A stretch of 64,000 nucleotides of DNA, from the NCBI GenBank assembly GCA_963761335.1, contig CAVXGR010000017.1, positions 160,001 to 224,000 of the forward strand, written 5' to 3'. Below the pieces are notes generated by a model. It saw only the letters and a program-made list of their open reading frames with translations, had not been told where the DNA came from and searched no databases. Positions 48,770 through 57,072 of this stretch are shown here, one piece after another. Position numbers and translations under genes: made by a program. The first letter of the stretch is position 1. The number at the start of each line of letters is the position of its first letter. The stretch comes from an uncultured delta proteobacterium (GTDB lineage: Bacteria > Desulfobacterota > Binatia > HRBIN30 > BPIQ01).

Positions 48770-49057
48770 ATGGGGCTTCGCTTCGAATGGGATGGGCGGA
48801 AGGCTGCCCGAAACGAGAAAGATCATCGCGTATCGTTCGAGGAGGCGTTGACGGTTTTCGCCGACCCGCTTGCAAGAATCTTCGATGACGAGGATCATTC
48901 TGATGAGGAGCAACGTGAAATCATTGTCGGCCACTCAGAGAAGCGACGGCTGTTGATCGTGTGCTTCATCGAGCGGGACGAGGCCGTTCGGATCATCAGC
49001 GCACGCCGTGCAACGAGACGTGAACGAAATGACTACGAAGAAAACACCGAAAGGTAA
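48770..49057 (+). CDS. BrnT-family toxin
   Basis: FEWDGRKAARNEKDHRVSFEEA..VRIISARRATRRE. Confidence 0.9.
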   Translation: MGLRFEWDGRKAARNEKDHRVSFEEALTVFADPLARIFDDEDHSDEEQREIIVGHSEKRRLLIVCFIERDEAVRIISARRATRRERNDYEENTER

Positions 49058-49274
49058 GAAGCCCGCCAAGAAGACCGGTCAGATGCCCAAGGAGTACCGG
49101 CTGGACTACGGAAAGTCTCGTCCAAATCGCTTCGCATCGCGAATGCAGGGGGACACTGTAGCGGTCGTTCTCGATCCCGACGTAGCTGAGTACTTTGATT
49201 CGTCTGACTCGGTGAATGCGCTCCTGCGTTCCGTGATCTCCGCCCTCTCGGAGAGTGCGAAGAGCGGAGGCTAA
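49029..49274 (+). CDS. BrnA-like antitoxin
   Basis: EYRLDY..RPNRFA..VVLDPDVAEYF..SVNALLR; follows BrnT; stop lies in the attC inverse core. Confidence 0.78.
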   Translation: MTTKKTPKGKKPAKKTGQMPKEYRLDYGKSRPNRFASRMQGDTVAVVLDPDVAEYFDSSDSVNALLRSVISALSESAKSGG

Positions 49275-49366
49275 CCAGCCAATGCAGCGGACGCCCACCG
49301 GCGAGGTTCACCATGGACGGCGCGGATCATGACGCTGGTGGGCGCCGCTGATTGGCAGCGTTAGAG
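49269..49366 (+). other. attC site
   Basis: GGCTAAC..CCAATGCAGCGGACGCCCACC..GGTGGGCGCCGCTGATTGG..GTTAGAG; GGCTAAC complements GTTAGCC at the cassette start. Confidence 0.9.
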
Positions 49367-49406
49367 GCCCAAGCGGAGGGCGGAAGCAAGGATCGAGAGA
49401 ACGATA

Positions 49407-50285
49407 ATGCCCGCGCACGGTACACATCGCCGCAACCATTACGTGCCGCGTTTCATGATCCAGTATTGGGAGAAGCTGAACGGGGGCGTGCGCGGCGTCT
49501 TTGTCCATTTGCTGGCCGAGGACCGGTCCTGTTTTGAACGGACAACGAAGAGGCGTCCTTACCCATTCGCAGTCGCGGAGGATCTGTACGTTCCGCTAAT
49601 TGATGGCCGTCGTGCCATTTCCATGGAAGCCCGCTGGCTCAATGAACAAGAGACGGCCCTGTCCGAGTTGGTTCGCCTGGCACATCAGCGGAGCGATCGA
49701 CTCGCACGCGACATCGCCGGCTACACCAGAATCAGTATGGCGCTCTTCGCGCTCGAGCAGCGTTCACGTTTCAATTTGGAGCATCTTCGCAGGGCTGTCG
49801 AGGACCGACCCGACCTTTGCGGGTACATCAGCGCCAGCCCAGAACGTGAACCACATCGCTTGGTGTTGGAGAACCTAATCCACCTGGCGATGGAAATGCA
49901 TACACGTCACTGGCCGCTGACTCTGACGTTCGTCCATGCTGGAAACGCGAACTTCATTCTGACCGACCGGCCTGGAGTCACCGATCCTGGAATGGCCGAG
50001 CGCGTGATGGTCTTGACCAACAAGGTTGCGGTTGTCTACCGGAAGGCTCTGGGGCAGCCCTCGTTTGAGCACATTGACGCTACAGAGGAGTTCGTGGATA
50101 CGGTGAAACGAATGCTTGCCATCAAAGCCAGAGATTGGATTGTGGCGGACGACCTCTCTCTGCTGAACCGTTGGGCTCAAGTGAGCAGATCAGCGGAGGC
50201 GGAAAACTATCGCCGCTCGGAAAGGATTGGGCGAGTTGAGCCGCTTCTCCTGCCAAGTGGCTTCAGCATTCGGCCAGACCCATGA
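49407..50285 (+). CDS. DUF4238-like cassette protein
   Basis: NHYVPRFMI N-terminal motif and FILTDRP; lower GC than flanks. Confidence 0.7.
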   Translation: MPAHGTHRRNHYVPRFMIQYWEKLNGGVRGVFVHLLAEDRSCFERTTKRRPYPFAVAEDLYVPLIDGRRAISMEARWLNEQETALSELVRLAHQRSDRLARDIAGYTRISMALFALEQRSRFNLEHLRRAVEDRPDLCGYISASPEREPHRLVLENLIHLAMEMHTRHWPLTLTFVHAGNANFILTDRPGVTDPGMAERVMVLTNKVAVVYRKALGQPSFEHIDATEEFVDTVKRMLAIKARDWIVADDLSLLNRWAQVSRSAEAENYRRSERIGRVEPLLLPSGFSIRPDP

Positions 50286-51052
50286 CGAGCCAGGCCACCT
50301 TGAGGCCGGACGGTTCCCATCGGAAGGGAATCGTCCGGACGGTTCTAGCGTTTGTCTTCCTGCTCGTCGCGTCGGGTGAAAGCGGCGCTCTCTGCGGAGA
50401 CTGCAACGGCGACGGCAGAGTGGCAGCGGACGAACTGGTGCAGACAGTGCACAATGTCTTTGCCGCTGGCGAACCGACGGCAACGCCGCTGCCCGATCGG
50501 TGCTCAAGCAGCCAGCCAGGGCAGAGGATCCATGCGGCCGGCAGCGACTGGATCGTTGTCGAGGCGCCAGTGACGTTGGACGACTCATCGATGCAGTTCG
50601 CCCTTCGATATCCGGTGCGACTCGACCAGGATGGTGATCTTTCCGGCGTGTCCCCGCGCCATCTCCAGCGTACGTGCTTTCCGCCCGACTTCTCTTGCCC
50701 ATATTTCCTAGGAGCGCTCACTTCCATTTGCGGCTACCGGGCTGCGACCAAGGCCGACGCCTCCCTCAGATCGAGCAACTATTCCGAGTCCACGCTCGGC
50801 TCGACAAAGAAGTACGTCTGGAGCAACTTCGTCTTCGTCCGCGCAGAGGCGACGATCGTTGTTGATCCGAACTACGATCCGATACGCATCACCCTCGATT
50901 TCACCCAGAACACAACCGCGGACGTTTCGGACATCTCGCGCTTCGGGTACAGCCTGATACGAGCGAGCTATCCACCACCAGCAGTCGACGAAGCAGCAAT
51001 CCGCAGCGACCTCGAGCAACTGCTGGGATACATCTCCATTCGGCCGAGGTAA
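50282..51052 (+). CDS. Secreted hypothetical protein with dockerin-like GDCNGDG motif
   Basis: Signal peptide, CGDCNGDGRVAADELV; ends 38 nt before an attC. Confidence 0.6.
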   Translation: MTSQATLRPDGSHRKGIVRTVLAFVFLLVASGESGALCGDCNGDGRVAADELVQTVHNVFAAGEPTATPLPDRCSSSQPGQRIHAAGSDWIVVEAPVTLDDSSMQFALRYPVRLDQDGDLSGVSPRHLQRTCFPPDFSCPYFLGALTSICGYRAATKADASLRSSNYSESTLGSTKKYVWSNFVFVRAEATIVVDPNYDPIRITLDFTQNTTADVSDISRFGYSLIRASYPPPAVDEAAIRSDLEQLLGYISIRPR

Positions 51053-51090
51053 CAGCGTGACCCATCCAGTGCGTATCGCGGGCGAGGCTG

Positions 51091-51154
51091 GCCTAACTCG
51101 CCGCTCCAGGCGACGGCCAAGAACGGGCCGCGCCTGAGCGCCAACACGTTCGGC
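51091..51154 (+). other. attC site
   Basis: GCCTAAC..GCTCCAGGCGACGGCC..GGCCGCGCCTGAGC..GTTCGGC. Confidence 0.88.
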
Positions 51155-51215
51155 TGGTCGCGCCGCAGGTTCCTCGGTTCTTGCTCGGCCACACGAGAGG
51201 GCGTAATTGAGGGTC

Positions 51216-51431
51216 ATGCCCAGCGTAACTTTGAAGGCCCACTATGATGGGGAGCGCATTCTACTCGACGAGCCGTTTGATCTTCCGCGCAACGCGTTGC
51301 TGTTGGTAACGGTCCTGCCGCCCGAGGGGAACAACGATCGAGTTGCGTGGGTCGCCGTAAGCAGCGCCGCTTTGGCGCGGGCCTTCGGCGACAACGAGCC
51401 TGAGTACACCCAGGCTGACATTCGCCGATGA
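51216..51431 (+). CDS. Small putative antitoxin
   Basis: LKAHYDGERILLDEP..LLVTVL..LARAFGDNEPEY; ATGA overlap with a PemK-like gene. Confidence 0.7.
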   Translation: MPSVTLKAHYDGERILLDEPFDLPRNALLLVTVLPPEGNNDRVAWVAVSSAALARAFGDNEPEYTQADIRR

Positions 51432-51796
51432 AGGAGGGCGACGTTGTCCTCACGCCGCTGCCGCAGGCCGATGGGCAGATCAAGAATCGCCCTGCGATCG
51501 TCCTGCGGGCGATGCCGTTCTATGGGGATTTCCTGGTGTGCGGCGTAAGCACGCAGTTGCACCAAGAGGTTGTGGGCTTCGATGATCCGATACGACCCGC
51601 CGACGCGGACTTTACCAAGAGCGGGCTCAAGGCCCCTTCGCTCATTCGGTTGGGGTTCTTGGCCGTCCTCCCGGCAAGCAGCCTCCTCGGTGCAATCGGA
51701 TCAATTGAGAGCGCGCGCCACGTGCGGCTGCTCGAGCGATTGAGCAATCATCTCCGGCCGGCACCGGCTGCTGCGCCGGGAGCTCCGACGGACTAG
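51428..51796 (+). CDS. PemK/MazF-family toxin
   Basis: GDVVLTPLP..KNRPAIVL..CGVST..SGLKAPSLIR..IGSI. Confidence 0.82.
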   Translation: MKEGDVVLTPLPQADGQIKNRPAIVLRAMPFYGDFLVCGVSTQLHQEVVGFDDPIRPADADFTKSGLKAPSLIRLGFLAVLPASSLLGAIGSIESARHVRLLERLSNHLRPAPAAAPGAPTD

Positions 51797-51821
51797 CGAT
51801 GGGCTGCTCGGACGTGGGCGG

Positions 51822-51917
51822 GCCGAACCAGCCGCTGGAGCCGCCGGCGGGGAGGTGCTGCGCGCTTGAATCGAGGCGTCTGTTGACCCGCCGCGGCTCG
51901 GCGGCATGACGTTGGGC
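51822..51917 (+). other. attC site
   Basis: GCCGAAC (complement of GTTCGGC at 51148) ... GTTGGGC with internal dyad symmetry. Confidence 0.82.
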
Positions 51918-52055
51918 GTACTCCTATGACGCACCCGCACCGCCACGCCTCCGCGTTGATGTTTCATCTCACGGGTGCCGTCGAGCTGTGACTTCATCTA
52001 CGCCGTGATTCGTCGATGCCACACTTCCCGTCGTGCTGTGGATCGAGGAAGAGAT

Positions 52056-52172
52056 GCGCCTTCCACTCCCGTGCGGGCGCCGGTATCTTCCGCGCATGGG
52101 AGCCGCGCCGGGAATCGATTCTGACCGGGCATGCTCGACGACCGTCACCGGCACGGTGATCGCGGTGAGCCG
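52056..52172 (+). pseudogene. Diverged duplicate of the MOSC gene 5' region (46368-46484)
   Basis: MGAAPGIDSDRACSTTVTGTVIAVSR versus MGAAAEIDSDRARPLTIAGTVIAVSR, with matching upstream DNA. Confidence 0.8.
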
Positions 52173-52194
52173 GTTTGAGGGTCGAGAGAAGCTC

Positions 52195-52269
52195 TCACGC
52201 AACGGCGCCACGGCGCAACGTCAAGGCTCTCGCGGGATCGCGGCGTTGCGCCGTGGCGCCGTTGCGTGA
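52195..52269. repeat. Hairpin TCACGCAACGGCGCCACGGCGCAACG...CGTTGCGCCGTGGCGCCGTTGCGTGA
   Basis: 26-bp perfect inverted arms built from 8-9 nt sub-repeats. Confidence 0.8.
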
Positions 52270-52384
52270 ATCCGAGGAAACGGCGCGGTCGAACCTCCCC
52301 CTCCCTGAGCTTGTCCTGTCCCGTTTCCCCGGCTGCCGGCCGCCGTGGTAAGAAGAGCCGAGTTGTCCCATAGGGGGAGCGAAG

Positions 52385-53728
52385 ATGCAGCCAAAATCCG
52401 GCGGAGGCCGGCGGCGCGGCGAGCGATCCAATCCGCGCCAGGACACAGAGCGAACAGATTCCGCCGGATGCGCGCGCTCGGCGTCTCCGCGGGCCATTGC
52501 CGCGGCCCTCGAGCGGCAGCGGCAGGAGCAGGAGATCATTCTCGACTCGATGCCGGCGTTGGTCTGGTACAAGGACCGCGAGAACCGCATCATCCGCGCC
52601 AATCGCGCCGCCGCCGAGTCGATGGGGACGACGCCGGAGAACCTGGTTGGCCGATCGACCTATGAGCTCTATCCGGAGGAGGCGGCCAAGTATCACCGCG
52701 ACGATCTGGAGGTGATCGACTCGGGTCAGCCCAAGCTAGGCATCGAAGAGCTCCTGGAGACGGGCTCCGGGCAGAAGCGCTGGGTGCGCACCGACAAGAT
52801 CCCCTACCGCGACGAGCATGGCGAGATCGTCGGCGTCATCGTCTTCGCGGTCGACGTCACCGATCACAAGCACGCCGAGGAGGCGCTGCGACAGGCCCGC
52901 GATGAGCTCGACGCTCGCGTGCGCGAACGCACGGCGGAGCTGGCCGCGGCCGTGGAGAGCCTGCGCGCCCAGATCGACGAGCGGCAGCGTACCGAGAAGC
53001 AGCTGCGGGAGCATCAGGCGGAGCTGGCGCACGTGCTGCGGCTGTGGACGATCGAGGGTATGGCGGCCGAGTTCGCGCACGAGATCAATCAGCCGCTCGG
53101 CGCCATCGCCAACTTCGCCGGCGGCATGGCGGCGCGGCTGCGCGACGGTCGCACCGACCCGGCGCAGATGATCGACACCGCCGAGCAGATCTCCGATCAG
53201 GCGGTGCGCGCCGCCCTGGTGATCCGCCGGGTACGCGAGTTCGCTCGCAAGGATGCCTTGAAGCGGGTCGTCTGCGATCTGAACGAGCTGGTGCGCGATG
53301 CCACACGGCTCGTCGAGCCGGATCTGCGGCAGCATCGGATCGCGCTGCATCTGCGCCTGACATCCGATCTCCCCCCGATCCACGCCGCCTGTATTCAGAT
53401 CGAGCAGGTCATCCTCAACCTGCTGCGCAATGGTGTCGATTCCATCGCCGCCGCTGGCGCCTCGGAAGGCGAGCTGGTGGGGCAGACGATGATCGCCGGC
53501 GGCATGCTGGAGGTGACGGTGCGGGACAGCGGCACGGGGATCGCCCCGGACGCCTGGGAGAAGCTCTTCGCCCCATTCTTCACGACCAGGAGCGAGGGGC
53601 TCGGACTGGGTCTGTCCATCAGCCGCTCCATCATCGAGTCCCACGGCGGCCGCATCTGGGTCGGACCAAAGCTCGACCGCGGCGCCATCTTCGGCTTCAG
53701 CTTGCCCGCCTTCCGGGCACAGTCTTGA
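52385..53728 (+). CDS. PAS-domain sensor histidine kinase
   Basis: PAS/PAC, AHEINQPL, QVILNLLRNG, DSGTG, GLGLGLSI; start uncertain. Confidence 0.9.
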   Translation: MQPKSGGGRRRGERSNPRQDTERTDSAGCARSASPRAIAAALERQRQEQEIILDSMPALVWYKDRENRIIRANRAAAESMGTTPENLVGRSTYELYPEEAAKYHRDDLEVIDSGQPKLGIEELLETGSGQKRWVRTDKIPYRDEHGEIVGVIVFAVDVTDHKHAEEALRQARDELDARVRERTAELAAAVESLRAQIDERQRTEKQLREHQAELAHVLRLWTIEGMAAEFAHEINQPLGAIANFAGGMAARLRDGRTDPAQMIDTAEQISDQAVRAALVIRRVREFARKDALKRVVCDLNELVRDATRLVEPDLRQHRIALHLRLTSDLPPIHAACIQIEQVILNLLRNGVDSIAAAGASEGELVGQTMIAGGMLEVTVRDSGTGIAPDAWEKLFAPFFTTRSEGLGLGLSISRSIIESHGGRIWVGPKLDRGAIFGFSLPAFRAQS

Positions 53729-53842
53729 TGTGGCGGATCGGCGAGCCTGGCCACGGGGTCGGATCGAGAACGTCCGGCGCCGCAGTTGGACACCGCCGGC
53801 CGAACGGCTAAGATCGCGAACACCGACGAGAGGAGGATTTCG

Positions 53843-54013
53843 ATGCCCGTCCCGTTCGAAGGCGGATGCCGTTGCGGAGCGGTTCGCTACCGCTGCACGT
53901 CGGAGCCCGCCGCGGTCGTTCCCCCTTCGACAGCGCCACCGACGAGTGCGCCTCCGTGGGCTGGCGTGCGCGACGACCTGGTGAAATGTCCGAAGGACTT
54001 CGGATCGACTTGA
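53843..54013 (+). pseudogene. GFA (CENP-V-like) family remnant with internal deletion
   Basis: SD AGGAGG; FEGGCRCGAVRY N-terminus joined to a PPW-type C-terminus, lacking the CHCxxC core. Confidence 0.6.
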
Positions 54014-54035
54014 TGTTTGCTTCAAACCATCGGCC

Positions 54036-55091
54036 ATGATTGAGCCCCCGCGCGGTCGCGGTACCGGGCAGAACCCCGAGAACCGCTACGAGCAGATCCA
54101 CCTGGAGTACGATGCGGCGGAGGGCGCCGAGGAGGAGGTCGCGGTTCCGACGGTTCTCTACCGCGACCGCAGCCGCTCGATCCTCGCCGAGAACGACAGC
54201 CCCGACATTCCGTTTCGCTTCAGCCTGAATCCCTATCGCGGCTGCGAGCACGGTTGTATCTACTGCTATGCGCGGCCGTCGCACGAGTACCTGAGCTTCA
54301 GCGCCGGTCTGGACTTCGAGCGCCGCCTGATGGTGAAGGAGGACGCGCCCGAGCTGCTGCGCCAAGCATTGCTCTCGCCCCGCTGGCAGCCGCAGACGGT
54401 CTGCCTGTCCGGGAACACCGATTGCTACCAGCCGGTGGAACGCCATCTGCGGCTGACGCGCCGCTGTCTCGAGGTCTTCGCGGAGCTTCGCAATCCCGTG
54501 GGCGTGATCACCAAGAGCGCCCTGGTGACCCGCGACATCGACATTTTGTCGGATCTGGCGCGCGCCGATGCGGCGCACGTGTTCGTATCGATCACCAGCC
54601 TCGACGACGAGCTCGCCGGCCGCATGGAGCCGCGCGCGGCGCGTCCGAGCCGGCGCCTCGAGGCGGTGGCGGGGCTCGCCGCCGCGGGCATTCCCGTCGG
54701 CGTGATGGTGGCCCCGGTGGTTCCGGGGCTCAACGACTCCGAGATTCCCGCGATCGTCGCCGCGGCCGCGGATGCGGGTGCGCGCAGCGCCGGGTACATC
54801 CTCTTGCGCCTGCCCAAGCCCGTCGATGCGCTGTTTGCGGAGTGGCTGGAGGTCCATTACCCGGAGCGCCGCCAGCGCGTTCTCGGACGCATCCGCCAGT
54901 GCCGCTCCGGCCGCTTGAGCGATGCGCGCTTCGGGCAGCGCATGCGCGGGCAGGGCGCCTACGCCGAGCACATCGGCGCGCTCTTCCACGCCGCCGCCAA
55001 GCGCCACGACCTCGATCGCGCGCTGCCCGCTCTCAGCGCCGCCGGCTTCGCGCGCCCGGCGCAACCCGGCGAGCAGATGAAGCTGTGGTGA
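54036..55091 (+). CDS. PA0069-family radical SAM protein (SPL-like)
   Basis: SLNPYRGCEHGCIYCYARP, SGNTDCYQP, ITKS. Confidence 0.9.
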   Translation: MIEPPRGRGTGQNPENRYEQIHLEYDAAEGAEEEVAVPTVLYRDRSRSILAENDSPDIPFRFSLNPYRGCEHGCIYCYARPSHEYLSFSAGLDFERRLMVKEDAPELLRQALLSPRWQPQTVCLSGNTDCYQPVERHLRLTRRCLEVFAELRNPVGVITKSALVTRDIDILSDLARADAAHVFVSITSLDDELAGRMEPRAARPSRRLEAVAGLAAAGIPVGVMVAPVVPGLNDSEIPAIVAAAADAGARSAGYILLRLPKPVDALFAEWLEVHYPERRQRVLGRIRQCRSGRLSDARFGQRMRGQGAYAEHIGALFHAAAKRHDLDRALPALSAAGFARPAQPGEQMKLW

Positions 55092-55109
55092 CCGCGCCGC
55101 AGATCGCAA

Positions 55110-56498
55110 TCAGCCCCGGCGCGGCCCCGTGGTCACCGTCATGCGCATCGCCGTGAGCAGGAGAACGGCGGAGAGGGCCTGCGCCGCGGCCACCAGCGCG
55201 AAGATGGCGTCCACTCCGGAACCGAAGTGCAGCGCGAGCAGCAGGGCCCCGATGACCACCAGCGAGACGCGAATCGCCATCACGCCCAGGGGGATGGTGG
55301 CGCGACCGATTCCCTGAAAGCTGAAGGCCAGGGTCATGGAGATCGCCAGAAACGGATACGAGAGACCGATGATGTGAAAGTACGTCTGCCCGACGGCGTG
55401 GATTGCCGGATCGTCGGTGAAGATGCCGAACCACAGGTCGGGCCAGACGTAGAGAATGGCCACCGGCGCGCTCACCGCCGCCACCATGAGGAGAACGGCG
55501 CGGCGGATGTAGCGGCCGACGAGCTCAACGCGCTCGGCGCCGAAGGCGAAGCCGACCAGCGTCAGCACGGCGATGCCGGTCCCGTAGCACAGGGTGAGGA
55601 GAAGGAAGTCGAAGCGGCTCCCCAGCCCGTAGGCGGCGAGCTCGGCAGTGCCGAGGCGGGCCATGATGATGGTCAGCACGATCATGCCGAGATAGTTGAG
55701 CAAGGTTCCCAGCGAGGCGGGAACGCCGACGCGCAGGATGCCGCTCAGGGGCGCCATCTGCACGCGGCGAGGGAGCAGGCGCGGGCGCAGCAGGCTGCGG
55801 CGGCCGAAGACGTGCGGCAGGCGCGGCAGGAAGCCGATCAGCTGGCCGGTCAGGGTGGCGGCGGGCGCTCCGCGAATGCCGAAGCCGAGGGTGAACATGA
55901 AGAGCGGCGTCAGCGCGATCTGGGTTACCAGCGACAGGGTCGAGTAGATCGCCGGAATGCGCACGTTGCCGGCGCCGCGCAGGATGCTGTCACAGGTCGC
56001 GACCATGAAGGTGAGCGTCAGGCCGGCGAACAGAACTCGGCCGAAGGCGACGGCGCTGTCCAGCACGCCTCCGCTGGCGCCCATGCCGCGGAATACCGAG
56101 GGGGCGGCGCTCACCAGCGCCAGGCTGAGGAGGATTCCCAGAGTACCGGCGAGCCCGAAGGCGTGCTCGGCGACCGCCTTGGCGTCTTCGCCGCGGCTGG
56201 CGCCGAGGGCGCGCGCCACCGCCGAGGAGATGCCGGCGCCGATGCCTCCGCCCATGAGCGTCGTCAGGATCAAGGTGATCGGGAACACCAGAGAGACGGC
56301 GGCGATCGCCTCCGCGCCCAGGCGGCTCACGAAGTAGGTGTTGAGGATGTTCGACAGCGCCGCGACGCTCATCACGCCGGTGGTCGGCGCTGCCAGGCGG
56401 AGGAGGGCGCGGAACGCCGGCTGGGCGAGGATCTCCGCGGGAGTCGGCCCTGACTTTCGGGACACCTCCCTGTCGTCGATCGCGCCGCTCGTCTGCAT
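55110..56498 (-). CDS. MATE-family efflux transporter
   Basis: FVSRLGAEAIAAV, LRGAGN, GIRGAPAAT, FQGIG; about 12 hydrophobic segments. Confidence 0.88.
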   Translation of the reverse strand: MQTSGAIDDREVSRKSGPTPAEILAQPAFRALLRLAAPTTGVMSVAALSNILNTYFVSRLGAEAIAAVSLVFPITLILTTLMGGGIGAGISSAVARALGASRGEDAKAVAEHAFGLAGTLGILLSLALVSAAPSVFRGMGASGGVLDSAVAFGRVLFAGLTLTFMVATCDSILRGAGNVRIPAIYSTLSLVTQIALTPLFMFTLGFGIRGAPAATLTGQLIGFLPRLPHVFGRRSLLRPRLLPRRVQMAPLSGILRVGVPASLGTLLNYLGMIVLTIIMARLGTAELAAYGLGSRFDFLLLTLCYGTGIAVLTLVGFAFGAERVELVGRYIRRAVLLMVAAVSAPVAILYVWPDLWFGIFTDDPAIHAVGQTYFHIIGLSYPFLAISMTLAFSFQGIGRATIPLGVMAIRVSLVVIGALLLALHFGSGVDAIFALVAAAQALSAVLLLTAMRMTVTTGPRRG

Positions 56499-56595
56499 GG
56501 GAAACACGGAGGCATACAGCGATGGCGCCGCGCAGTCCAATCGGCGCTGTCCGCCTTGGACTTCCGCCGCCGCTTTCGGGCATGCTCGGGTGGCG

Positions 56596-57018
56596 ATGAG
56601 CTTCCAGGAACCGACCGATCGCTCCTTCCCGGCGCTGTCGGGAACCGCGTGGAGAGTCGCGGACGCCAGTGGGGCGATCGGCGCCGGCGCCCTACCGGCC
56701 GAGTTTGCGCGCGGGGATTTCCTCGTCGGCGCTCGCGGCTGCGGCGAGGGTTGCGGCGAAGCCGTGGCGCGCCAGCTGCGCTCTGGCGGCGTGGCTGCGG
56801 TCATCGCCTGCACCATCGCGCCGTCGTTCTTCGAGGGTGCCCTGGAGGCCGGCCTGCCGGCGGTGGCCATCGAAGAGGCAGCCGCCATCAAGGCGGGGGA
56901 CGGCCTGCGCGTCGATATCGAGACCTTCCGCGTCGTCAACTTCAGCTCCGGTGACCGCTACGTCATCCGCAATCTCGACGACGCCTTGCTCGCCCGCCTG
57001 CGGTTGCATGCCCGCTGA
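56596..57018 (+). CDS. Degenerate LeuD/aconitase swivel-domain-like protein
   Basis: GTAWRV..GDFLVGARGCGEG..GVAAVIA..FF..GLP..IKAGDGLRVD; canonical DTD and GSSRE motifs absent. Confidence 0.6.
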   Translation: MSFQEPTDRSFPALSGTAWRVADASGAIGAGALPAEFARGDFLVGARGCGEGCGEAVARQLRSGGVAAVIACTIAPSFFEGALEAGLPAVAIEEAAAIKAGDGLRVDIETFRVVNFSSGDRYVIRNLDDALLARLRLHAR

Positions 57019-57072
57019 CGAGCGGCGGCGCACCCTTGCGCCGGCCGCACGGCTTCTGCGAAAAGCGCGACG

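Larger units (their letters stand above)
47677..51917 (+). mobile_element. Decayed integron with four gene cassettes
   Basis: IntI remnant, candidate attI core GTTCGGC at 48123, one truncated and three complete attC sites. Confidence 0.8.

Noticed and set aside
53989..54004. TCCGAAG..CTTCGGA palindrome as an SOS box for the radical SAM gene
   Set aside because: Does not match the imuA upstream repeat and is a single short instance
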